Assembly (NCBI GenBank): GCA_051362555.1
Contig: CM120642.1
Span: 31,062,001 to 31,126,000, forward strand
Origin: Lingula anatina
Lineage: Eukaryota; Animalia; Brachiopoda
DNA: 64,000 bases
Reading direction: 5' to 3'
Shown: positions 40,963 to 52,000 of the stretch, one piece after another
Position numbering within the stretch: the first letter of the stretch is position 1
Layout: each line of letters opens with the position of its first letter
Notes under the pieces: model-generated
Database searches by the model: none
What the model saw: only the letters and a program-made list of their open reading frames with translations
What the model was told of the DNA's origin: nothing
Position numbers and translations under genes: made by a program

Positions 40963-42114
40963 GCTACATTAATGTGATGATATTCATTTTTGATGCCACT
41001 GGTCCCATACTATTCTAAAACTAAAGTACCACATAAATACTGTATTTTCTCATGCCCCCCTCTCTCCACCCATCCATCATCACCCTTTGTTCACAGGGCC
41101 ATTGTACATAATGCTCTTCACAGCTTACACACATGCTGTGGAGAACATATATACACTAACCATAAACATATACATTGTACACTGTACACCTGAGTCAAGT
41201 TAAATACCTGTATATACAGCCCCATCCTCTGCAGCTTGTGGAAAACATTGGGCTGGGTAAGAGCTAAAACCTTCTACTAATTCTCTCCTTTAACAGCTAC
41301 CAAGTTTCTCATATATTCATACACACTAGACTGGATACACATGTACTACCCTGTGTTCTGCTTGACCTCGGTGCAAAGAGTGTTATTGACCTACTTATTT
41401 AAATGCCTTGCTATATTTACATACTAGTACTAGTAGTCTCTTGCAAAGGGCACCTGTAAGTAGCCTCTTAACAGAAGCAGTGAAAGAGCAGCAGTCATTT
41501 TGCTTGGTGCATGTTTTTAAGGATTAACTAATTCCCCTTACTGTGACAGCCATAAAAACCCTGGTAAAATTAACACGTAAAATCTGTTGATGATAATAAC
41601 AGGAAAAATATACTTTTGATATATTGGTATGCATGTTTCCTGTGCACACCTTCAAACTGCAGGTCTAATAGAATGCATTTTTTCCAAAATTAATCAATCT
41701 CTTTCAGATATGGAAACATATGCTTATCATACTTAACTTACTTGTGTCATATTTAAGCTGAAAATGGTTTAAGGCATTTCCTTATAGCTTTCAGAGGCTG
41801 AGAGTAATGAAGTTGTAACAGTTAAATACTTTCCTGCTACTTCAATTTTCTCTAATTGATTAATTGCTGGCAAAGCAGTTCTACAATAACTCCCTCTTTT
41901 AATATTAAAAAAATATCCTACAAGTGTAGTTTCTAAATGCCACATAATTCTGTTACTTCATGCTTTATCAAATATGTAACACAGAAAATAAATTTTGTCC
42001 ATTCTACATTCCAGTAATTTACTTTTTATACTCTTACCTTTTTCCTGCCTTGAGTTGTTTATGAAATGGCACTGTCAGGGATCTAGAACGTGGTCTTAAT
42101 AAACCAACTCTCAT
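39002..42114 (-). CDS. NOCT: Nocturnin (EEP-family NADP(H) 2'-phosphatase); long form about 390 aa from ATG 42114, short form about 360 aa from ATG 40411
   Basis: Exons 42114-42038, 40424-40171 and 39843-39002. Motifs: RIFQWNSLAQAL, PDVICLEEVD, PKPDSPCL, GPDGCAIF, THLKAREGW, GDFNGDP, EPPYTTWKIR, TLDYMWY and LPSFNYPSDHLSLVCDF. The first coding exon is less certain than the other two. Confidence 0.95.
40811..40958. repeat. Compound (TG)n(TA)n(TG)n microsatellite
   Basis: Directly visible in a Nocturnin intron. Confidence 0.97.
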
Positions 42115-43004
42115 GAAGTTTTCCTATCAATTAAAACACATCTCTGGGTTGGGGTTTCACAACTGGAAAGAAGAGCAAAACACAGGTTTGAATATTAGGT
42201 TTGCAGCATCCCCAATTCTCACCATAATTCAACTTAGTTTTATGTTCTATGCCTTAGTTCTAGTACAATATATTTGGTTTAATTTATAAATGTTCAATAA
42301 CTGCAGATTGGCTTGATTACTGTATATGCATGCACTAGTAAGTCAAAAATGAATTATACACACATACTTTTTCAATAAAAACTCTCAATGCAATACTTCT
42401 AACTTGGACATACTGTATATAACATTTAAACTTAGAATCCTTAAGATTTAAATATATTTTTCAGTGCCCAAAAATAAATATAACTTCATAACAAATGATT
42501 TATTTTAGCTCACTTTCTCATTTAATGTGTGGCACAAACGTGATCAAGAGACAATACTGATAAAAATAAATACGCAAAATGAAAACGGCGGTAATTCTTC
42601 TTAGGCAAACAATGTGAGTGTGAGTCACACTTTGTCATTATATTGCTGCAGTCCGAAAACTGAGACACATTTGTCAGCATGTCACTAAAATAGTGAAGTG
42701 AATCATTGGTCAGTGTCCTAAACCCGGGTACTGTCATGAATCAAGCACGGAGCCTTTCTTTCTTTTGATACACGGGCGGATTCCTTTAACGGTAAATGTT
42801 AATGAATAATGCTATTCAGAACTGCAAGATCCTTTAAATAAAATTAATTTTCAAAACGACAAAAGGCGATGACAGAAGACTTAAATGTCCGTTTCTTCCA
42901 TGGCAGTCCTATTTCTCTTCAAATAATTTCATTGGGACAGACAACATGCGTTGTGACATTTAAATCTTAATTTACAAACTGTTATGTACATGCATCTGTC
43001 CTAC

Positions 43005-43269
43005 CTTTCTGGACCACCTGTCCAAAATCGCTTGGGATTCTCTTTTATAATGACGTCATAGCCTCAGGTTCGAATCAGATTAAAAATAAAATGCTCAAAA
43101 CCATCAGTAGTTTACCAAAAACGTCTAAATTGATATAAATATATATCATCTACTCTGCATCAATTAATGTTTCTCCAAATGAATATAATAAATAAGTTTT
43201 ACATTGATAAGCACATCAATTTTCCCAGCATGCACCGTTTAGGAGATTCCAGAAAATCCCATTTCCGTC
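43005..43269. promoter_or_regulatory. Compact bidirectional promoter for Nocturnin and SUGT1 with a full CRE abutting a minus-strand TATA box
   Basis: TGACGTCA at 43051-43058, TTATAAAA on the minus strand at 43050-43043, minus-strand donor AAG|GTAGGA at 43005/43004, and the SUGT1 ATG at 43270. Confidence 0.65.
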
Positions 43270-44247
43270 ATGGCTGAGGAGCTCTTCAGGTAGGCAGCGT
43301 ATTTGGTTCGATGCATTTCCTTGGTTGCCGTTCCGATTATTGAAATATTGATACCTGTTCACCCTTAATTACCCCATTTATATTTTTTTACTGTTTTAGT
43401 AAAGGGAACGAAGCGTTCGTAGCAGAAAACTACGAGGATGCAGTCGAGGTAAGGGACATGATAAGGATCTGATTTGGGGGTTTCCCCATAATGTCAGTCT
43501 TTACCACAACCGAGATTTCTTGCAAATGAGAGTAAACCCAGCTTCATTTGTTGAGGCAGTGCCCATTTTTATCAGTGTAATGATTGGTAGTAATTTACAG
43601 CTGTCTACTAAAACTAAATAACTAAATGTCTTTAAGAAATTTTACAAGTCATAGTACATGTCTAGCTAAACTAAACGTTTATGTTTCATTTTTAAGGAAT
43701 GTTTTCAGTACACATATAATATCTGATGCTGCCGGTGCAGTCTTGCCTGAGGTAGACTAAATACATGGTCATATTTTAAGTTTGTGTTTTTCAGCTTTAT
43801 TCCTCTGCAATTGATACAGATAACAGTAAGGCAGAATTCTTCATACACAGAGCCCACGCATACATCAAACTTGAAAATTATTCAGGTAATTTGTTTTGTG
43901 CCTTTAGATTAAATTAGGATTTATGTTTTTATTTGGTCATAAATGTTAAATTCCCATTTTACTAAGTAAGTTATCATTATATCAGATTTTAATGGTGTTT
44001 CGACATACATTTTTTGACTCCCTCACATGGTAGCGTGCATAGAAAATCCAAAATGATTTTTCTATTTATTTATTGTTCTTGTATAATTTGTAAAAATTTT
44101 ATAGATGCTCTTGTGGATGCAAGAAAAGGGATAGATCTGGATCCCAAAAATGGAAAAGCCTACCTGAGGGAGGGGTGAGTTAAGTCTAACTTCTGTCTTG
44201 ATTCATGCATTTAAAGTGGAATGCTTTTGTGTAATTTGCCTATGTCG

Positions 44248-44279
<32 letters not shown>

Positions 44280-46597
44280 TTAATAAACATTGTTGAGAAA
44301 TGTTCAAGACTTCACAGAATCACATCATCCCAAGAATTGCGTGTTTCCAGTCCTTATCTCTCTCTCTCTGAAAGTTGTTTCCTGTATTCTTTGCAGGGTT
44401 GCCTTATATCACCTGGATATGAAAGCAGAAGCCAAAGGGGCATTTGAACAGGGCTTGAAATATGATGGTAAGGTTCTTGAAATCACTGCATCCAATTTAT
44501 AATTGATAGATACAATGTGGTATATTAGAGAAAAGAAATTCTAGTGTTAAAGAAAATGCACTTTCCTTGTAAGCATTTTTTTCCATTTAATTGATTTAAA
44601 GATGAGATAAGAACAGGCGAGTGCCACCAGTTGACCACATATGCAGTATCCTAGACACGATTGTATTGCTGAATTTTCTAATCTATGTGCATTAAATGTT
44701 GTTAGTCTAAAAGTTGAATTTTTGTCCTGACAGTTTGGCTGAAATCAACCAGTTCTGATCACAGTTTGTAGTATTTAAATGGTGTACTTCCTTTTCTTCT
44801 AGTTTCTGCTTGTTGTCAGTACATTTGACAGCTTTTATGCCTTTTCTCCTATTGTTTGAAATAGGTTCTGACAAAACCCTGAATCAGTGGTGTGACAGAT
44901 GCGTGAAGGAACTTTCAGGTAAATGAATGAAGAAAAATGTGGACTATTTGTCTAATATATGATTAAAGCATATAATAAAATAAATGCATTATCGATAATA
45001 TTGTTTTTGTGCAAGATGCTTTCAATTAATATTTATTAATGATTTAATTGCAAAGTTTATTGCTAAATTAAAACAAGAGGGGGGTTGTGACCTGAGACGC
45101 GGCATTCACTTGTCAACATTCTGTTTGTTGTAGAACCGACCTCCCAGGCAGTGCCAAAAGGAGGTCAGCAGTCCACTCCACAGACTATAGCAATGCCCAT
45201 TCCAGCAAAAATAAGGTAAAGGAGACCATTACTTTTGAGAAAATGGAGTGTTTTCTGTTGCTAACAGAAAAAAAGAAAAATTACTTCAGCCAAAGTAATG
45301 GATAAATTCCCTGCTTTCTAAGATAGTATTTTTTTATACAAGTTTAACAAGTAAGACTAGTTTAGATGATACCATTACTGATTTTGTAGTAATAGTTTGG
45401 ATTTTTGTTTTTTCATCTTTTATAGGCATGACTGGTATCAAACAGAGACACATGTCATTGTCACAATTTTAATAAAAAATGTCAAAAAAGAAGACTTGAC
45501 AGTGGAATTTCAGGAAAAAATGGTGAGTGTATAAATAATTTGGACTTTGCATTGTGCCACAACCACAGTTTTTGAACGCCTGTAAAATCCAAATATTTGC
45601 TTAGATACAGTCAAAATTGATCTATTATTACATGGTATACGTTTTGGTAAAATAAAACAACAGAAGAAAGAACATACATCTGAACCATTTGAAAAATCTT
45701 GGAATTAAAATGAGGATTTTTATAAGCTTAAAAAAAGTTTTTTTCTTGAAGAAGACTGTTACACATATAAGTTGTGAAAGTAGTATTATTGGCTGGTTAC
45801 AGTTGCTCACAGAGCAAGTGTGATGATCAGAGAAAAACAAATTCCAAATTTCATCAATTTGCAATACAATTTTCCTCGTTGTAGTTGAGTGTCACCATCA
45901 GGTTGTCCTCAGGCTCAGACTACAGTCTGGAACTGGACCTGGCCAACCACATAGTACCAGAACAGAGTATCACAAAAATTCTCAGCTCAAAAGTAAGTGG
46001 ATTTTAAAATCACATTGGTTTTGGTTAGACTTCTATAAATGAATGTATTTTGGTTAATGTCCTGATTTATCCCTCCTCCTTATAAGGAAAAGAGTGGTTG
46101 AGTTTATTTTTGCTGTTTTGTGTATTTACTTAATATCTGTTCCATGTAAGATTTCATTGAAAATGACATGTTTTAAGAGACATTGTAAATCTGATTGTCA
46201 TGGTTGTCATGGTTGTCATGATTGATTGATTGATTAATTAATTAATTTATTATGTTAAGTTAGTATAAAAACCTTAACAGATATTTAAAATACATGTATT
46301 GAATACCACAGCTCTGTACCTGCTTGCTTTGTTTGATTTCAGATTGAAATAAAAATGAAAAAAGCTGAAGGGGTGAGGTGGACACATTTAGAGGGAGATT
46401 CAGACGAAAAAATTAAACAGTTCAAGCCAAGTAAGTTTTTACCAGTAATTTAGCAATCAACTTCTTAAGTGTTAATGCACATCCAGAGCTATAGCAAATT
46501 AAAGTGGGAATCGTGGTACTGAGGTACTCAGATGTCTTAATGTGATTTCCTACCACAGATGTTGAAATTCTAATTCTAATGCATTTTAGGGGGGGCA

Positions 46598-46630
<33 letters not shown>

Positions 46631-48798
46631 TGGGGGGGGAGGATATGTATAGACAGATGGTTACACATTTACTGTTTGGCATACAATTTTTTTTAGAGAC
46701 ATTATTTTGAAAACACTAAAATTAGATTATAACTTGTATATCAGAGAAGAATTTCATCAGCTGTGTTATGTTATAAGAATAAAGTGATTTTTTCTACAGT
46801 CTTCAATTTATTATATAGTTTTCACCTCCAATATTTGGATGTCTAGCGAAACATCTTCATTCTTTTTTCACCTTCTAGCTCCATCAACCCAACCAAAGTC
46901 AGACAACCCTGACATCCACAAGTACCCCTCCTCCAGCCACTCCTACCACGACTGGGACAGGATGGCCGCCGAACTGGCCAAGGAGGAAAAAGAGGAAAAA
47001 CTGGAGGGAGACGCAGCTTTGAATAAACTATTTCAGCAAATATACAGCGATGGCAGTGATGAGGTCAAAAGGGCCATGAATAAATCTTTTGTGAGTTGAT
47101 TAAAATGTTTGATTCGGAAGGCTCATTCTCAATGAATCTGTGTAGAATGATCCAACTCTGCCGGGAGTCTCACAGAGTTGGATCGATCTATTTAGAACAG
47201 TAGTTTCATTGGGAGTCAGCCCAAAGATTTCACCAGGGTGTTTTATGAGTGTTTAGGTTGATGATAGGTTCTTCTTCTAACAAGAATAATGGATTGGAGT
47301 TATTCCCACTCAAATATTTCAGTGTTTCACAAGACTTCTACGAAAGTAACAAAGAGGGGGAGGGCTAACCCCACTTCCAAGCAGAGGTGGCAACAACATT
47401 GATAGCTTATTTCCCAGGTGAAGGTGCCTTGTGAGACACAGGGGCCGGTTTCACAAAGCAGTAGTTAGTTAGAACAACTAACTACTGAACTACCTCACTA
47501 ACGAGCAAACTTAGCGATTTTGGAGGGGTGTTTCACGAAGCAGTCGTTAACTCATCGCTAAGTTCAGTCGTAAAGTTCGGTCGTTAGTTCTCTCGTTACT
47601 CACTGTAGTCTCGAAACAGACTACCGGAAGTGGAACTCTTGCGTAAAAGTGTCGCGAAAGCACTAAGGCTTCATTCACATGCAATGTCTATTTTCTAAAT
47701 TCTATTTTCTATTTGTTACTATAAGTTACTATAAGTAACTGGCTCGCGCTGCCAGTAATTACGCGGCGGGATATTCAGGGCACAGACTGTGATCATAAGA
47801 TAGCGCAAATAGAAAATAGATTTTTAGAAAATAGACATTCCATGTGAACGAAGCCTAACTCTCCAATTTCCGGCGGCTGGAAATGCATAAGAACGTCTGC
47901 TTTGAGGTCGTCGTAATGGATCTCCACCACCTTTTAGCCGCTCTTTTTGTCACAGCTAGGCGCAACCTCTCGTAAATTGCACCATCGCGTGTATATTCAA
48001 ATAGATTCTGCCTATCATGAAAACGTCGTAGTCTACGTTGCCGTTTGGCGGTACAGATAGCAAAAAAAAGGTCGTCGCCATATTGGATATAAAGACAAAC
48101 GACAGACAATGGTAACTAAGCAACCTTTCTATTTCATTCATTACGCATGCGTACGATGAAACTCTAGAGTCGTCAAATATCCAAGGCAACAACGAGACAA
48201 TAACGAGCGAGAGAACTAGCGACTGCTTCGTGAAACGGCACTCCAACTAGCGAGAGGCTAACTACCGATCGCTAACTAACTACTGCTTTGTGAAACCGGC
48301 CCCAGAACTATTAGTAAGAGTGGTCATATTATTTTTATTAACAGTCGTTGGAGGAATCTGTTATTATTACACGAGAGCATAACACAGCTGGAGAGATTAT
48401 TTGCCAGTGATTTGATATTAAAAAAAAAAAACAACTCTTCCAGAACAGCATTCATGATTGCAGTTATGAAGAACAATTGTTGTCACAGCTGTTAGTATAA
48501 AAACAATTCTTTAAGATTTGTTTTCTTTGGTGATATAAAAATTCATAACCATATTAAGAAATTGTGGTGATCAGTTGTTATCAGAAGTGCACTGCCCCTA
48601 AAATTGTCATCTCTGTGGAGGTTTATGTAATTTGATCATGAGAACTGTACTTTCTCTCTCATCTTCAACTATAAACAATTTTCATTTCAGAGTGAGTCAG
48701 GCGGCACAGTATTAAGTACAAATTGGGGAGATATTGGAGCCAAGAAAACAGAAGTCAAGCCTCCGGATGGGATGGAGTACAAGAGTTGGGAGTACTGA
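43270..48798 (+). CDS. SUGT1: SGT1 homolog, HSP90 co-chaperone (TPR-CS-SGS), about 349 aa, 12 exons
   Basis: Exons 43270-43289, 43400-43448, 43795-43885, 44105-44174, 44397-44467, 44865-44918, 45134-45215, 45426-45522, 45885-45992, 46343-46430, 46879-47090 and 48691-48798 splice in frame (1050 nt). Motifs: [48 protein letters not shown] and [12 protein letters not shown]. Confidence 0.97.
47119..47222. mobile_element. Internally deleted copy of the 58.2-kb MITE family
   Basis: GGCTCATTCTCAATGAA...GATCCAACTCTG and CAGAGTTGGATCGATC...TTTCATTGGGAGTCAGCCC form inverted arms matching the 58242-58453 element. Confidence 0.75.
47442..48302 (-). mobile_element. Non-autonomous PIF/Harbinger element with perfect 31-bp TIRs, CAG TSD and a transposase N-terminal remnant
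   Basis: GGGCCGGTTTCACAAAGCAGTAGTTAGTTAG begins at 47442 and its exact reverse complement ends at 48302; CAG flanks both ends. The minus-strand peptide [27 protein letters not shown] resembles the Harbinger/HARBI1 N-terminus. Confidence 0.92.
47667..47855. mobile_element. 189-bp Tourist/Harbinger-type MITE nested in the larger Harbinger element
   Basis: About 49-bp near-perfect TIRs (GGCTTCATTCACATGCAATGTCTATTTTCTAAA... / ...TTTAGAAAATAGACATTCCATGTGAACGAAGCC), with TAA duplicated on both sides. Confidence 0.92.
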
Positions 48799-48998
48799 AA
48801 CCATTTCTGGTTCACATAATCGAACAATATAGTGCAGATATTTCTGTGTTTGACTACATAAGCTGAGCCAAATGAAATTATGTCTCAAGGAGTGTCATAC
48901 CTGAAATTTGAATGGGAAGCTAATTCTCTCCAAAATTTGACTGGTTTTGCAAACTCACTAAGTGAACAACAATTCTTTGAGCATTACTAGATGGGTTT

Positions 48999-49067
48999 GA
49001 GGACTGTGTCATGGATGTGACGAGGACTGTGTCATGGATGTGACGAGGACTGTGTTATGGATGTGAC
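48999..49067 (+). repeat. 23-bp minisatellite, 3 copies, in the SUGT1 3'UTR region
   Basis: GAGGACTGTGTCATGGATGTGAC three times, with one substitution in copy 3. Confidence 0.95.
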
Positions 49068-52000
49068 AAGGATTAGATAAATTTCACACTGTACACAGCT
49101 AACACAATTGGGACAATTTTTCTGATCCATGGCTCCAAGCTTGTGATTAACTCAATTCTATTATCTAATGGATTGAAAGAACTCAAACTATGGCATTTAA
49201 CATAAAGATGCATAATGCAGTTTCCTAACTAGCATCAACAAGAACATTACTTTTTTTTTTTTTTTACTTTTTTGACTAGGTATTCGATTTCAACATTTTG
49301 AGATCCTGTTTAGCATGTGGATAGCCCTGTGAATGATATGATCATTAAGATGTTTGTAAATATGTATATGCATTTTAGATTTGCTTATGATGCACTGCTG
49401 ACTAGATATTTTATAATCAGGATTGCTGTATGTGTACATGTCACTCTTAAATGAAATTCTCAGATGTCTTCACAAAATTTATTATACACAAGGGAAAGGA
49501 ACATGTTTCCCCAATACCACGAGTGAATCTAACTGAAATTTAATCCATATCTGAACTGATGTTCTGGACGATTTATTGTCTATAAAGACTTGGGTGAATA
49601 AAGATATTTTGCAAATAATAATACTTTATAAAGATATGTTATCTCCACTCCTTCATATTTATATACGGAAGAAATTATGGGGATAAATGTAACTGACTAC
49701 AATCATACAGAAAAACGCATGCCGTCCACTATGATAAAGAATGCTGTGTCAGTTGCTAGACATCTCCATAATGTGGCTGTAGCAGGGAAGAGTGGGTTTT
49801 AGGTGGTATCCATGAGATGGAATGTTTTAATTTAGAAAATCTATATGTTGTAAAAAAGCTTTGATATCGGGATGAGTTTGTCAGGCAAGATGGGAGGCTG
49901 GATCCCCTGATTGATTTAGGGACCATTTTAAGAACAGAAGATCGAGTATCAACTGATTCAAGGATCCTACATGACAGGGAGAGCGCTTAATCTTGTACAT
50001 TGGGGGATTAAGGGGGGTCCTGACCCCCCCCCCTTCGATTTCTGACAAAAATCACAACAATGCACCTCTCTTAAATTATAATTTTGATTAGCTGAATCAT
50101 AGTTTGCAAGCGTACCAAATGGCACTGTTCACCCTCTAAAATACCAAAATTTTTCGGGGCACTTTAGTGGGGCCAAACCCCATGCCAAGGGGTGAGGGGG
50201 GGGGGGTCGGCTTTGCATCATTATATGAAAAATATGAATAATGCCAGAAGCAAGACGCTACTAATTGTGAAGTTTCTTTTTTTTTTTCTTTTTCTTGCTT
50301 TAACATTCATCGGCTGGTGAATTCAACTAAGTTATAATTAGGATAAATTTGATGAACGCAATAATGCCTAAAATTACAAATCTCAAAATTAATTATTTTT
50401 GAATCGTGAGAAAAAGAAACCGTCTTATTGGAAAACCACAGCACCTTTTTGCATCTGTCAAGTTGAAGTGTCGCACCTGCTCTATTCATGACAATGAACA
50501 TCTACCTTTAGATCTTGTTAGCCTGGAGAGACGTGTTTCAAGATGGTTCGACCAATATGTACCTTGTGCACACTTGCTAACAAGACTAGTGCAAGTCCCA
50601 ACGTCGGTATCTATTTTAGCCATTTTATTGTGATCCTACATTTCTTTTTCTCATTCAATAGCGGGTGTTCGTGAAATTGACTTGGCTTGTAGCGTCTTAC
50701 TTACATTTTTAGGATGTGGAGAGCGAGACTATCAAACGGGCAAACAATTATTTTGTTTCTCATTGATTTGATGTCATCTTTACCTGGCGGAAAGGAGGGG
50801 TGCTAATTTTTTTTCTCTTCGTTATTTCCACGTTATATTTTTGGCACAGCGCGTATTTGTCTCCGGCACTTAGATGGTTACCCAACTGGAGTCACTAAAC
50901 CACATTATGAATGTCAGCGTCTCCTGCAACAAATTGCACTCGATGTTAATTAGTCCCGTGTCTCCAAACCGCGCTTTTAAATGACTTCTGTGACCCTCAT
51001 TACCACACGGATTCCATCACAGGAAGAGACAAGACTTTGTAAATAGATAAAAGGACTAGAGAGGTCAGGGTGCCATCTTTGCTCCAGTTGGTACGGTGCT
51101 GCTATCAAAACCCCATCAGATAGAGTAATGGCAGAGGTCTGTACTCCACGACAACCTTGGTCCGGAACATCTGCCCTTGCTGGATGTTACATATCTTTTT
51201 GATGACAGTTCTAAAGAAACGCGCGCGCGTCTCATGTAATCTGGAGGGGTCGTTTTAATGTGTTTATTAATTTCAATAAACTAAACAGAAGTTTTTTTTA
51301 TTTATCAATATATGTGGTTCAGAAAAATGTTTCATTCTGCAAATATTTCGTTTGCAGTTGTTTGGATTGTTCGCAGAATGATCTACTTTGAACTCTGATC
51401 CTTCTGTTGCATATAATGCAAAGGAAGCAAAATTGACATCAATTGATATCAATATCGTGAGGCCCACGGTGAGGATAAATTTTTTACCTACAGTGTTTTT
51501 ACCCTCAATAATTAAAGTTAAATAAATAAACACTGAAAGTAGCATTATGGACATTACTGGTTAAGCCGTCACCTGAAACCAAAAGATTCTGAATAGCACA
51601 AATGTCATCATCCTTTAATCTTTAATTTCTTTATTCCCTTATTTTTTCACTCTTACCTAATCTAATAAATTTAATCAAAACATTAATCGGGGGACGTTTC
51701 AAAGTTGAGAGAGGCACGTGATAAAATGTTGGTTAAATTTTTCAGAGTTGTACAAGCAGCCTTACGTCATGTACGACGCAATTAAACTTTTGCATTTCCT
51801 TAATTCCTAAATGTAGAAAGATTTCGTTTCAACTTTGCTTGGAATCATGAAAAAATGGGCTAATGACAACATGTTCGGCGAGTTGATTTCGTATTCTTTC
51901 AACGTCTGGGAGGCAGACCGCAAAAGGCAGTCATATCCGATGGTACGCTTTGGGGATGGAGTCGTTCACTTCCTACACCGCACCCTGAGACTCCGGGTGA

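Noticed and set aside
48999-49067. 23-bp direct repeats as a possible CRISPR array
   Set aside because: The copies are contiguous with no spacers, there are no cas genes, and the context is a eukaryotic 3'UTR; it is a minisatellite.
50514-50585. Inverted repeat TCTTGTTAGC...GCTAACAAGA as a possible miRNA or tRNA
   Set aside because: Only a 10-bp stem with a poorly pairing interior; no cloverleaf and no mature miRNA I recognise.
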